This document shows positions 38,773 through 47,811 of a stretch of DNA of 64,000 nucleotides, piece after piece (position 1 is the stretch's first letter; every line of letters begins with the position of its first letter). This DNA comes from Planctomycetota bacterium. Lineage in GTDB: Bacteria > Planctomycetota > UBA8108 > UBA1146. The notes under the pieces were generated by a model. That model was not told the DNA's origin, searched no databases, and saw nothing but the letters and a program-made list of their open reading frames with translations. Both the position numbers and the translations under genes were made by a program. The stretch is from positions 12,584-76,583 of the forward strand of contig CBFIET010000171.1 of the NCBI GenBank assembly GCA_965661685.1, given 5' to 3'.

Positions 38773-40658
38773 TGCTGCTCTCCCCGCTCGAAGACATGGC
38801 AGTCCACGATGATGACCGGGGTTTCTGGCGTGACCGACAACTTCTCCTGGTCCTTCTCATCAAGGATTGACGACACGATGGTCCGGCGTACCCGTCTTGT
38901 CTCCAGCGTCGCCTTGGCTGTAGCGAGGGTATTGCGATTGGCAGTCCTGTGCATCCGCCCGGCAGTAGGAAACAGTTCTCCGGTGATCCAACTGTCCCCG
39001 GCATCGGAGAAGAGTCGATCAAGCCCTGCTTCCATCGCCCGGCGGCGAATCCCATGGTTTGTTTCGATATGTATCAGTCCAACATTCCCCTCCACCGGCG
39101 GAAGATCGACCACATCACAGGCAACCTCATGTGAGATCGAACGCACTTTTCGATCGATCTCGGTGACCATCGTCCCATCCGGTTGCAGTTTGTAGTGGAT
39201 GGAACTGTTCAAACTACCGACGGAGAAAGGCAATCTGGGACGAGTATTGCCCCCCTCGGAAAGAGCTTCGACACCACCACCGGGGGAAAAACTCGTTTCC
39301 AGCACGAATGCAATCGCGCTCTCTTTCTCAGGTGTTCGGACGAGGATCACCTCCTTGGTTTGCCGTGGAACGACACCATGGATGAAGTTCACGAGCAGAT
39401 AGATGCAAAGAAAAAGAACCGCCACCACCGCTGGTTGCAGCCACAGCATATGTGGCAACTTACCTGCCCTCTTCAGCAGCCAGCCTGCAACTGGCCAGAA
39501 CAGACACACGTAGATCACTCCGAACCAGAAAGAGATGGCCAGGGTTCCAGTGGGCCGATGTTGTTGATCGATCCGCTGGACGAGTCCCTTGAGGAGAGGC
39601 ATTCGATCCAACCTGGAAACCGCTGATCCCAGGTGCCACGGATCTCGTTGAAAGTCGATGGATCTGAGGATTTCAGGGTCATTCCTGGAAGATTCCAGCG
39701 CTAACCATCTCCCCTGGCCATCATCGATCTGGATCAATCCTGGAGCAAATCGCGATCCGTGGCTTTCCAGTGAGAAGAGGAAATGCTCTTCCTCTCCAGC
39801 GACTTCGACCAGTTGCGGCTTTGCAACAAATCCGGGAATCCAGCCGAGGCCTCGCCCCCTCGAGTCGGGCTTGAGGACCACCGTGACCCCTGCTCGAACC
39901 GCTTCTCGAAGTGCATTGCGTTGCCCCGCCGAAAAATCATCCGGATCGGAAGCCACGACGAAGACGTAATCGAATCCGAGCAAAGCTTCACGATTCTGCG
40001 GGAAATCTCGACTGGATATCTTTGTGAGCCCGTTATTGATGCTCACCGATCCGTAGCGTTTACCCAGATCAGGAGACAGATTCGGGGTGAACCCCCTTAC
40101 TGGTGCTGAGGTACTCACCACGAGAGACGCCAGTTGTCGACACTCGTCATCATCAGAGATAGGTGTGTCTATTTTTTCAACCCTGGGCATCTTGGAGATG
40201 ATGAAGGGTTGATCATTCTTCTTGAAGGAAAAGGACGCCGAATTTAGATAGTACTGATAGCCCTCGGAAGAACCCGCTCCGGTGGGATAGGCCAGGATCA
40301 CTGACCTTTCCTCGTTACTCTTCACCACGACCTCGGTGGTGCACTCCCACAACTTTCCTGCCCTCGAGGAATAACGATTTCCGCGGGCAACAAAGTTGAT
40401 CTGATACTCTGCATCCAGAGTCGCCGATCGGTTCGTGATCATGACCAAGACCGGGATCCAGTCGTTCACTGCCTGTTCATTGCCTGCAAAGATCTCATCG
40501 TTGCGAAGAATCTCCACATGAACTGAAGTCTCCAGTTCTTCGGCAGTAGGCAATTGAAACGCATGCACACCCAGCACGGGGCTCACGACCATCGTCAACA
40601 GCAGTAACCTCAGGCGAAGGAAACGAGTGGAGGCGTGTAGGAGGTCGGCGACGATCAT
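38769..40658 (-). CDS. Membrane-anchored accessory protein of the ABC module
   Basis: Signal peptide, large soluble domain (GATase-like stretch FDYVFVV..GQRNALREAVRAG), two TM helices and a second soluble domain. ATGA overlaps on both sides. Confidence 0.65.
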   Translation of the reverse strand: MIVADLLHASTRFLRLRLLLLTMVVSPVLGVHAFQLPTAEELETSVHVEILRNDEIFAGNEQAVNDWIPVLVMITNRSATLDAEYQINFVARGNRYSSRAGKLWECTTEVVVKSNEERSVILAYPTGAGSSEGYQYYLNSASFSFKKNDQPFIISKMPRVEKIDTPISDDDECRQLASLVVSTSAPVRGFTPNLSPDLGKRYGSVSINNGLTKISSRDFPQNREALLGFDYVFVVASDPDDFSAGQRNALREAVRAGVTVVLKPDSRGRGLGWIPGFVAKPQLVEVAGEEEHFLFSLESHGSRFAPGLIQIDDGQGRWLALESSRNDPEILRSIDFQRDPWHLGSAVSRLDRMPLLKGLVQRIDQQHRPTGTLAISFWFGVIYVCLFWPVAGWLLKRAGKLPHMLWLQPAVVAVLFLCIYLLVNFIHGVVPRQTKEVILVRTPEKESAIAFVLETSFSPGGGVEALSEGGNTRPRLPFSVGSLNSSIHYKLQPDGTMVTEIDRKVRSISHEVACDVVDLPPVEGNVGLIHIETNHGIRRRAMEAGLDRLFSDAGDSWITGELFPTAGRMHRTANRNTLATAKATLETRRVRRTIVSSILDEKDQEKLSVTPETPVIIVDCHVFERGEQQ

Positions 40659-41281
40659 TCGTCCTCCAGGGTATTTTCAAACGATCGACGACCTTCCACG
40701 GCATCTCGCAAGATGCTGCGATTCATGTACTCGATCTGCCCTCCTGCAGGTAGCCCGCGGGCCAGTCGTGTCACCGTGACACCTGCAACGGAGAGCGCTT
40801 CGGTGACCAGCATGGCAGTCCCGTCCCCCTCGAAATCGGGGTTGGTGGCGAGGATTACCTCATCGACGTCGTCACAGGAGCATCGATCCACCAATTTCTG
40901 CAGGGAGAGTTGCTCCGGACCACGCTCATCCATCGGCGAGAAGGACGCCCCGAGAACATGGTAAAGCCCCGAATAGGAACCACTCTGTTCGATGGCGCGC
41001 AGATCCTTGGGCTGTTCCACCACCAGGATGGAGTTGCGCTCACGACCTTCGTCGGAACAGATCTCACAGACTTCCCGTTCGCTGATGTCCTCGCAATGGA
41101 TGCATCTCCTGAGGTCGTCCTTGACCCTACGGATCGCATCGGAAATACGCATCGCATCTGCTCTGGATACCTTCAGCAGGTGATAGGCGAGACGCTCTGC
41201 ACTCTTGCTTCCGATTCCTGGTAGGGAAGATAGTGCAGCGATCAACTCTTCCATCAAGTTTTCGCTCGACATCTGCCCCAC
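40655..41281 (-). CDS. recR: Recombination protein RecR
   Basis: LPGIGSKSAERLA, C4 zinc finger, EVILATNPDFEGDGTA and TRLARGLP.GG. Confidence 0.96.
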   Translation of the reverse strand: MGQMSSENLMEELIAALSSLPGIGSKSAERLAYHLLKVSRADAMRISDAIRRVKDDLRRCIHCEDISEREVCEICSDEGRERNSILVVEQPKDLRAIEQSGSYSGLYHVLGASFSPMDERGPEQLSLQKLVDRCSCDDVDEVILATNPDFEGDGTAMLVTEALSVAGVTVTRLARGLPAGGQIEYMNRSILRDAVEGRRSFENTLEDE

Positions 41282-41599
41282 CTACGACATTCCTGGGAAG
41301 GACATTCCACCGGTCACGCGAGAGGTTTCCTGATCAGACAGTTCCTTCGCCTTCTCCAGTGCCTGCTGCACCGCAACGAGAATCAGATCCTCGAGCATAT
41401 CGGTGTCATCTGCGTCCACCGCCTGGGGATCGATCTCGATCTTGAGGATCTCCTGCTGACCGTTGGCGTAAACCTTGATCAAACCGCTCCCCGACTCCCC
41501 CAGCACCATCCGTTGCTTGAGATCTTCCTGAACAGCCTTTAACTCTTTTTGCATCTTCTGGGCCTGCTGAAAGAGGCCTCCCAGATCTCCCGTCGACAT
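41282..41599 (-). CDS. ybaB: YbaB/EbfC nucleoid-associated protein
   Basis: QQAQKMQ, G.SG.GL and DMLEDLI..A. Lies between dnaX and recR. Confidence 0.95.
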   Translation of the reverse strand: MSTGDLGGLFQQAQKMQKELKAVQEDLKQRMVLGESGSGLIKVYANGQQEILKIEIDPQAVDADDTDMLEDLILVAVQQALEKAKELSDQETSRVTGGMSFPGMS

Positions 41600-41618
41600 C
41601 GCCGAACTCCTTCAATCA

Positions 41619-43340
41619 TCAACCTGGAATCGGGTCTCCATCACTTCTGGGACCACGGTTTCTCGCTTCACTCGAAAAAATTTCCTCTGCCTGGCCGACG
41701 ATTTCCGGCCGCTCTCCTGAAGTGGAAGCTCCCAAGACTGGCTTCTCCGCCTCCTCTTGTTCCGACCATCGTTCGATAATCAGGGAACCATTCTTCTTTT
41801 CCCACGATCGAAATGCCTTGTTCGCTCCTTCACTGGAGAGTGCATCAAAAAGGGAACTTCTTGCCTGCAAACTCCATCCAGCCGCGGATCGTTCCAATCG
41901 TCCTCCCACCTGGAATTTTCGTGGCAGCATCGCATCGATCGCTTTCAAGCAGTCGAGCAACTCTTGCTCCGGGGAGGCGGACTCATCTCCTCTGGAAGGT
42001 GTCGATCGGGAAGTACTTTCAGCAACTGGAGGGGAGTCCTTGGTCCCCTGACGAAGTCGCTCTCTGGCAGCTTGTGCGCCACCAGCGGCAGCCACTTCCG
42101 GAGCACGGGTAACGACTGGAGGAGTGTCAGCCGTTTCTTGTGCCTTCGGGGTGCGGGGAGTGGTGTCAACGGAGGATCCAGTCCCCTCGACAACGCCACC
42201 AGTTTCACCGATCAAGGGACTCGGAGATCCCTTCACCAGGGTATCGATGGGGACCAGTGATCGAAGGGTAGAGATCCTCATCAAAGCCAGCTCCAGCAAC
42301 AGATCTCCTCGATCCTGACGTCGCAACTTCTGACGGGTTTCCTGGATGATCTCCTGTGCCAGTAGATTCCGCTCCAGCTCATCACCGGACCAGTTTCTCT
42401 TCACCCCCTCGTGCAACCGATGTCGCAACGCCTCCGCAATCTGCTCGGTAAGCACCGATGCCTCGGTTCCACCCTCGAAGATGGGCGTGAGTTGTGCGAC
42501 CACTGCAGCCATCTCCGCAGACTCGGCTGCTGCGAGCAGTTGATCCAGTTTCTCTTCGGAGATCCTTCCGGTGATACGGTCGAGATCGTCAGGTCCCGGT
42601 TCCTCTCCGGCGAAGGAGAGGACCTGGTCCAGCAACGATTGCGCATCGCGCATCCCCCCTGCCGAGAGGGAGGCGATATTCTCGAGCAAGCCCTCCCGCG
42701 GTGCCGCACCCTCCAGTTCGCAGATCTGCCCGAGCCGACGGACGATATCTCCACGGGAAATCGACGAGAAGTCACATCGCTGACAGCGAGACAGAACCGT
42801 CGGAATGATCCGCTCCGGTTCGGTGGTGGCGAAGATGAACTTCACGTGGGCGGGCGGTTCCTCCAGCGTCTTCAGAAGGGAGTTGAACGCTTCCCGGGTC
42901 AGCATGTGAACCTCATCGATGATGAAGATCCGATAGGGCCCCTGGGTCGGAGCGTACTGCACATGTTCGATCAGGCTGCGAATATCGTCGATTCCCCTGT
43001 GAGAGGCACCGTCCATCTCGGTGACATCGGAGTCCTCTCCCCGGAAGATCTGTTCACAGGTGGCACAGCGATCGCAGGGGAGTGCCCCGTCCCCCTCGGG
43101 ACATTGCAAGGTACGGGCGAAGATCCTCGCCATCGATGTCTTGCCGACTCCCCGTGGTCCACAGAAGAGGTACGCATGAGCCAACCGATTTTGCAGGATC
43201 GCCTGCCTCAACACCTCCGCCACCGCCTCTTGTCCCACCACTTCGTCGAAGTTTCGGGGACGGTAGCGACGGGCGATCACTTCGTAGCGATCACTCCCGG
43301 AATTGCCTCGGGATGGAGGGTTGGTGCTGTGGTCCGACAT
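41619..43340 (-). CDS. dnaX: DNA polymerase III subunit gamma/tau
   Basis: ARRYRP..F.EVVGQ, GPRGVGKTS, IIDEVHML, LLKTLEEPP and SRCQ. Confidence 0.96.
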   Translation of the reverse strand: MSDHSTNPPSRGNSGSDRYEVIARRYRPRNFDEVVGQEAVAEVLRQAILQNRLAHAYLFCGPRGVGKTSMARIFARTLQCPEGDGALPCDRCATCEQIFRGEDSDVTEMDGASHRGIDDIRSLIEHVQYAPTQGPYRIFIIDEVHMLTREAFNSLLKTLEEPPAHVKFIFATTEPERIIPTVLSRCQRCDFSSISRGDIVRRLGQICELEGAAPREGLLENIASLSAGGMRDAQSLLDQVLSFAGEEPGPDDLDRITGRISEEKLDQLLAAAESAEMAAVVAQLTPIFEGGTEASVLTEQIAEALRHRLHEGVKRNWSGDELERNLLAQEIIQETRQKLRRQDRGDLLLELALMRISTLRSLVPIDTLVKGSPSPLIGETGGVVEGTGSSVDTTPRTPKAQETADTPPVVTRAPEVAAAGGAQAARERLRQGTKDSPPVAESTSRSTPSRGDESASPEQELLDCLKAIDAMLPRKFQVGGRLERSAAGWSLQARSSLFDALSSEGANKAFRSWEKKNGSLIIERWSEQEEAEKPVLGASTSGERPEIVGQAEEIFSSEARNRGPRSDGDPIPG

Positions 43341-43508
43341 GCCCTCATCTGAACCTCGACAGGACACTCCTGCAAGTATTCAACGAGAAACTCCTGGCGA
43401 GATGCCCCCTCGATCGGGGCAATTCAGGGCAAGAGATGAGCGGAGGAGATGAGATGAGGAGATGAGGGGAGGAGATCGTCTCTACGTACAATTGCACAAG
43501 CATTGGAA

Positions 43509-43607
43509 AAGACCGGAGCCCGAAGCACACCAACGGTGACCGACATGGCTGCTCCCGTCAGGGGCTGACCAGGTTCACGGGCCGCCAGTCGCCCGGACCC
43601 CGGATCT
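43509..43607 (-). ncRNA. ffs: Small bacterial SRP RNA (4.5S)
   Basis: Long hairpin containing GTGAACCTGGTCAG-CCCCTGACGGG-AGCAGCCA, a domain IV match with a UGAC loop. Sits upstream of dnaX, a common context for ffs. Confidence 0.85.
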
Positions 43608-43655
43608 CTTGAATGTAGCTCTGTGCAGGAGTTTCCCCTGCGTGGTGAAGAAGGA

Positions 43656-43745
<90 letters not shown>

Positions 43746-43887
43746 CGATGTATCCTCTTCAATCCGTCGACGTCGTCGCAACTCAAACATCACTCCCGTG
43801 CATTTTCACAGGAAATCTTGTCATTTCCAGTGCCCGCTGTGGGTACCGGATCGTATCCGCTGCGATTCTCCGACACCTCGCAAAATA

Positions 43888-43977
<90 letters not shown>

Positions 43978-43994
43978 GCGCTCTCATCTCGATC

Positions 43995-44480
43995 TCATGC
44001 CGGTGGATTCCTGCGTTCCCGGAAGAATGCTCGCAGCATATCTCCCGATTCGTCTCCAAGAACACCACCGGTCCAGGCCACATCATGATTGAAGAGACCC
44101 GGTTCGAAAACCTTCAACTTCGTCTCCACCGCTCCCCACCGGGAGTCGGACGCACCGAACACCACTCGATCGATCCTCGCCTGCAAGATCGCTCCTGCAC
44201 ACATCGGACACGGTTCCAGGGTGCAGTAGAGGGTGGTTCCATCCAGCCTCCACCCCGCCACCGCCTCTGCAGCCTGTCCTATCGCAAGGATCTCTGCGTG
44301 GGCGGTGGGATCGCGAAGGGTCTCCTTCGCATTCCGTGAGCGGCCGATCACTCCCATCTCGGGGTGAACGATCACTGCTCCTACCGGAACCTCTCCCTTT
44401 TTTTCTGCATCACGCGCTTCCTGGAGCGCCATCTGCATGTGGAGAAGATCTGGATCATCATCGAGCCAGGAGACGCCCAT
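43995..44480 (-). CDS. tadA: tRNA adenosine(34) deaminase
   Basis: GEVPVGAVIV, DPTAHAE, TLEPCPMCAGA and C-terminal FF..RR. Confidence 0.92.
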   Translation of the reverse strand: MGVSWLDDDPDLLHMQMALQEARDAEKKGEVPVGAVIVHPEMGVIGRSRNAKETLRDPTAHAEILAIGQAAEAVAGWRLDGTTLYCTLEPCPMCAGAILQARIDRVVFGASDSRWGAVETKLKVFEPGLFNHDVAWTGGVLGDESGDMLRAFFRERRNPPA

Positions 44481-44518
44481 TCGAGGTCCTCCACTCCTGG
44501 TCAGGGATCGAATGCAAG

Positions 44519-44592
44519 CACGCCGGGGAGGATTCGAACCCCCAACCTCCTGATCCGTAGTCAGGTGCTCTATCCAGTTGAGCTACCGGCGC
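44519..44592 (-). tRNA. tRNA-Arg(ACG)
   Basis: GCGCCGG acceptor, anticodon arm CCTGA-CTACGGA-TCAGG and GGTTCGAATCC. CCA is not encoded. Confidence 0.96.
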
Positions 44593-44604
44593 ACAGAAGG
44601 GCCA

Positions 44605-44632
44605 ATGTTAGCCCCAAGGGAAGATGTGTCAA
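44605..44632 (-). promoter_or_regulatory. sigma70 promoter for tRNA-Arg/tadA
   Basis: TTGACA (44632-44627), 16-bp spacer, TAACAT (44610-44605), 12 bp before the tRNA. Confidence 0.7.
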
Positions 44633-44648
44633 GCCGACCGGGAAGCGT

Positions 44649-45434
44649 CTATTTCCCGTCCCAGCCGTCGGGGACGTAGTCGTCCAGATCCTCGTCGAGG
44701 GGCGGGGTCGATTTCGCCGTCTGCGACGTCTCTTCCCCCTTTCCGGAACTTGAATCGGGCTCCTGAGGCTCCTGCGCCGCTTCCCCGGCGGCTTTTCCTT
44801 CGCCCAGAAGATCGTCGAGAACCTCCAGTCCCAGATCGGATCCCTGCTCCCGGAGCCGCTCCGGCTCGGGAAGATCATCGAGTCCGGAGAGACCCAGCAA
44901 TTCGAGAAACTCGGTGGTTGTCCCGTACAGTAGCGGGCGACCGATCGACTCGTCTTGCCCCACCACACGGACCAGGCTCCATTCCATCAGATTCTTGAGG
45001 ATGGGACCGCATTGGACGCCACGAACCGCTTCCAGATCTGACCTCTTGACCGGCTGCCGGTAGGCGATCACGGCCAGCGTCTCGAAGGCGGCGGAACTGA
45101 GTCGAACCCGTCGACGCTCTCCACGAAGTCGGGCGACGAAGGGCGCAAATTCGGGTTTGGTCAGGAGTCGAAGCCCGGCACCGTCTTCGTGCAACAGGTA
45201 GCCCCGCGGAGTCGTGATCAATTCCGCTTCCAGTTCGAGTAATGCCTCCTTCACCGCTCCCTTCGGCGCCTCCTTCAGCATCGCCTGGATGCGTCTACGG
45301 CTGACCGGATCGGGGGAGGCGAAGAGGATCGCCTCGATGGTCGAACGCAGTTGTGCCCCTTCCAGAGCCTCCTGCGATTCGTCGTCGGTGGCCTCCGGGG
45401 AGGAGTCAGAACCTTGTGTGTCTCGCGAGATCAT
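44649..45434 (-). CDS. scpB: SMC-Scp complex subunit ScpB
   Basis: IEAILFAS, LSSAAFETLAVIAYRQP, RGV and GRPLLYGTT.EFL..GL..L.DLP. Confidence 0.94.
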   Translation of the reverse strand: MISRDTQGSDSSPEATDDESQEALEGAQLRSTIEAILFASPDPVSRRRIQAMLKEAPKGAVKEALLELEAELITTPRGYLLHEDGAGLRLLTKPEFAPFVARLRGERRRVRLSSAAFETLAVIAYRQPVKRSDLEAVRGVQCGPILKNLMEWSLVRVVGQDESIGRPLLYGTTTEFLELLGLSGLDDLPEPERLREQGSDLGLEVLDDLLGEGKAAGEAAQEPQEPDSSSGKGEETSQTAKSTPPLDEDLDDYVPDGWDGK

Positions 45435-45470
45435 CGCTCTCCTTCTCGACTGCTCGAAGCGTCGCTGAAT

Positions 45471-46484
45471 TCATCGGGAATCGAAGTCCTTGATCTGTAC
45501 AGGAAACCTGCTCCTGATCAACCTCTCCACATCGAGCAATTCTTCATCGCTGGCGGGCTCGGCGAGCCACATCTGGAGCAATTGCGGTCGCATCTCCGAG
45601 TAACTCCGTGCAGGTTGTGACTCCACCACTCGCATCAGGTGCCAGCCGAATCCCTCTTCCGACACCGGTCCCACCACGTCGCCGGTACTCGCCTGGAAAA
45701 CCTTGAAGAAGGCGGGGTTTCCTGCCAGTTCCGATTCCCGAATCCACGCCGTGCCGGTTCGAGGGGTGAAGGAAGACTTCAGGCCCGGCGGTTTCTCCAC
45801 TGCAGCAGCGAGAGGTGTGCCAGAGGCGAGCACCTCCACCGTTCGAGAAGCCCATTGCTCGATCTCGATACGGGTCTCTTCATCCGCCTCTCCGATGGGA
45901 AAGAAGATGTGATCGACCAGTCTTCGGGGTTCCTTCCAGGTCGACCTCCACAGATCGAGCAGTTGCTCCTCGTCCACCTCTCGATGATGAGCGATGACCG
46001 CCTGGATCAGCAGTGCAGGTCCCACCTCCTGAGAGATTTCCCTGCGCAGGTCACTCTCCAGCAACCCCTGCTCCTCCAGTTGTAGCAACGCACGGCGCCT
46101 CGATTCGAAGTTTGACCCGAGGATGCGCTCCATCTCAGCCGCCACAGCAGATGCGATTTCTTCCGAATCGATGCGAATCCCGAGCCGCTCCGCCTCGGCG
46201 CTGAAGAGAGATTCTCTGATCAGTCCATTCAAAGCCCTGGGACCGTAGTATCTCTCGAGGATCCTCTTTCTCAGTTCGGTATCGGTGATGACATCCCGTC
46301 CAACCGTGGCCAGAACCCGATCTGTTTCACCGATCAGGTCTTCCTCCGCCGATCGATCCCATGCACCGGGATTTTGAACCGAGCTGTCCTGCGGCTCCGA
46401 TGACCTCGAACCGGACGTGACCGATCCGCATCCGGTGAGATGTAGTACCGCGAGCAACGGCCAGAGCCACTTCAGATGCATCAA
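45471..46484 (-). CDS. SurA/PrsA-like parvulin-type foldase lipoprotein
   Basis: Lipobox LTGC, VLATVG.DVIT..EL, HIF and GPV.E..FGWHLMRV. Overlaps the galE stop. Confidence 0.7.
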   Translation of the reverse strand: MMHLKWLWPLLAVLHLTGCGSVTSGSRSSEPQDSSVQNPGAWDRSAEEDLIGETDRVLATVGRDVITDTELRKRILERYYGPRALNGLIRESLFSAEAERLGIRIDSEEIASAVAAEMERILGSNFESRRRALLQLEEQGLLESDLRREISQEVGPALLIQAVIAHHREVDEEQLLDLWRSTWKEPRRLVDHIFFPIGEADEETRIEIEQWASRTVEVLASGTPLAAAVEKPPGLKSSFTPRTGTAWIRESELAGNPAFFKVFQASTGDVVGPVSEEGFGWHLMRVVESQPARSYSEMRPQLLQMWLAEPASDEELLDVERLIRSRFPVQIKDFDSR

Positions 46485-47686
46485 CCGTCACCCTTTTCGT
46501 AGTGACGCAAGATCTCGACCAGTTGCGTGGTAGAGAGGATCCCCATCTGGACCATGCATAGCCCCATCATCTTGCGGCCCCGCCCCTCGTTCTCCAGTTT
46601 CTCTTGCTCCTGTAATACTCGGTTCACATCATCTCGGGTGACATACCCCATCTTCACGGCAAGATCACCAAATCGTGTCGAACCCGCTCCCAGTGGAGCA
46701 ACCTCGCTGGTGTAGCCACTGGGATGTGTCCTGTGCCACCTCCAGGCAGTATCCATGATCATCGTCATGTCGCTGTGTTCCGGTTTCCATTCGAGCCGCT
46801 CCAGCGCCTTGCGATTGGAAGCCAGCAGTGTCGCAGGATCTCCATCGCGACGCCCCTCCTCCACCACCTTGAAATCAACTCCGGTGACCTGTTTGGCGAT
46901 CTCGATCACCTCTCGGACGGAAGCACCCGATGCAGATCCGAGATTGATCGATTCTCCGGCGACTTCTTCGATCCGTTCGAGGGCCCTGAGATGCGCCCGT
47001 GCGATGTCGGTGACGTGGACAAAGTCCCGGACACAGGTCCCGTCGGGAGTGTCCCAATCGGAGCCGAAGATATAGAACTGTTCCCGGATGCCGAGAGCAC
47101 ACTGCAACAACAACGGAATCAGGTGGCTCTCTTCGCTATGGTCTTCACCGATGAGACCCGATGTATCCGCTCCGGCGGCGTTGAAATACCGCAAGCACAC
47201 ATGCTTGAGTGGATGACGCTCGGCGATGGCTGTGAGGGTTTCTTCCACCAGTTTCTTGGAATCGCCGTAAGGATTGACAGGTCGCTTCGGGTGAGTCTCG
47301 GGGATCGGAGTCTCCTCCGGATCGCCGTACACTGCGGCGGTGGATGAGTGAATCAGCACCTCGACCCCCGCAGTCAACATCGCCTCCACGAGGTTCAGGG
47401 TGCCCGCCAGGTTGTTGTGATAATACGCGGCGGGGATTTTCACCGATTCGGGGACGCTACAGGAAGCCGCAAGGTGAAAAACTGCATCGATCTCCGAGGT
47501 CTCGAAAACCGATCTCAATGCGCTGGAATCGTGGATACTCCCCTCGACCAGTTCCACATCCTCGATCGCCTCGCGGTGTCCCGCCCTCAGATCGTCGAAG
47601 ACGACCACCTCATGCCCTGCTCGAAGGCATTCAAGAACGCAGTGGCTACCGATATATCCGGCTCCCCCGACCACCAGTATCCTCAT
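46481..47686 (-). CDS. galE: UDP-glucose 4-epimerase with C-terminal MshEN-like extension
   Basis: GGAGYIGSH, SSTAAVYG, YGDSK, LRYFNAAGA and DGTCVRDFVHV. About 75 extra residues follow WRWH..HPSGY. Confidence 0.92.
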   Translation of the reverse strand: MRILVVGGAGYIGSHCVLECLRAGHEVVVFDDLRAGHREAIEDVELVEGSIHDSSALRSVFETSEIDAVFHLAASCSVPESVKIPAAYYHNNLAGTLNLVEAMLTAGVEVLIHSSTAAVYGDPEETPIPETHPKRPVNPYGDSKKLVEETLTAIAERHPLKHVCLRYFNAAGADTSGLIGEDHSEESHLIPLLLQCALGIREQFYIFGSDWDTPDGTCVRDFVHVTDIARAHLRALERIEEVAGESINLGSASGASVREVIEIAKQVTGVDFKVVEEGRRDGDPATLLASNRKALERLEWKPEHSDMTMIMDTAWRWHRTHPSGYTSEVAPLGAGSTRFGDLAVKMGYVTRDDVNRVLQEQEKLENEGRGRKMMGLCMVQMGILSTTQLVEILRHYEKGDG

Positions 47687-47811
47687 GGAGAGTCTCCTTT
47701 CCGTACTCAAGAGACCGCTGGATTCTACTCTCTTTCCTGCAGGTTGTCGCCCTACCCACCCGATGTTGCAGTACGATTTCTGGAACCAGCAGCGACAAGG
47801 AGATCTACACG

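Noticed and set aside
41619-43340. Programmed -1 frameshift producing the DnaX gamma subunit
   Set aside because: I found no A-AAA-AAG heptamer or long A-run in the linker region by eye.
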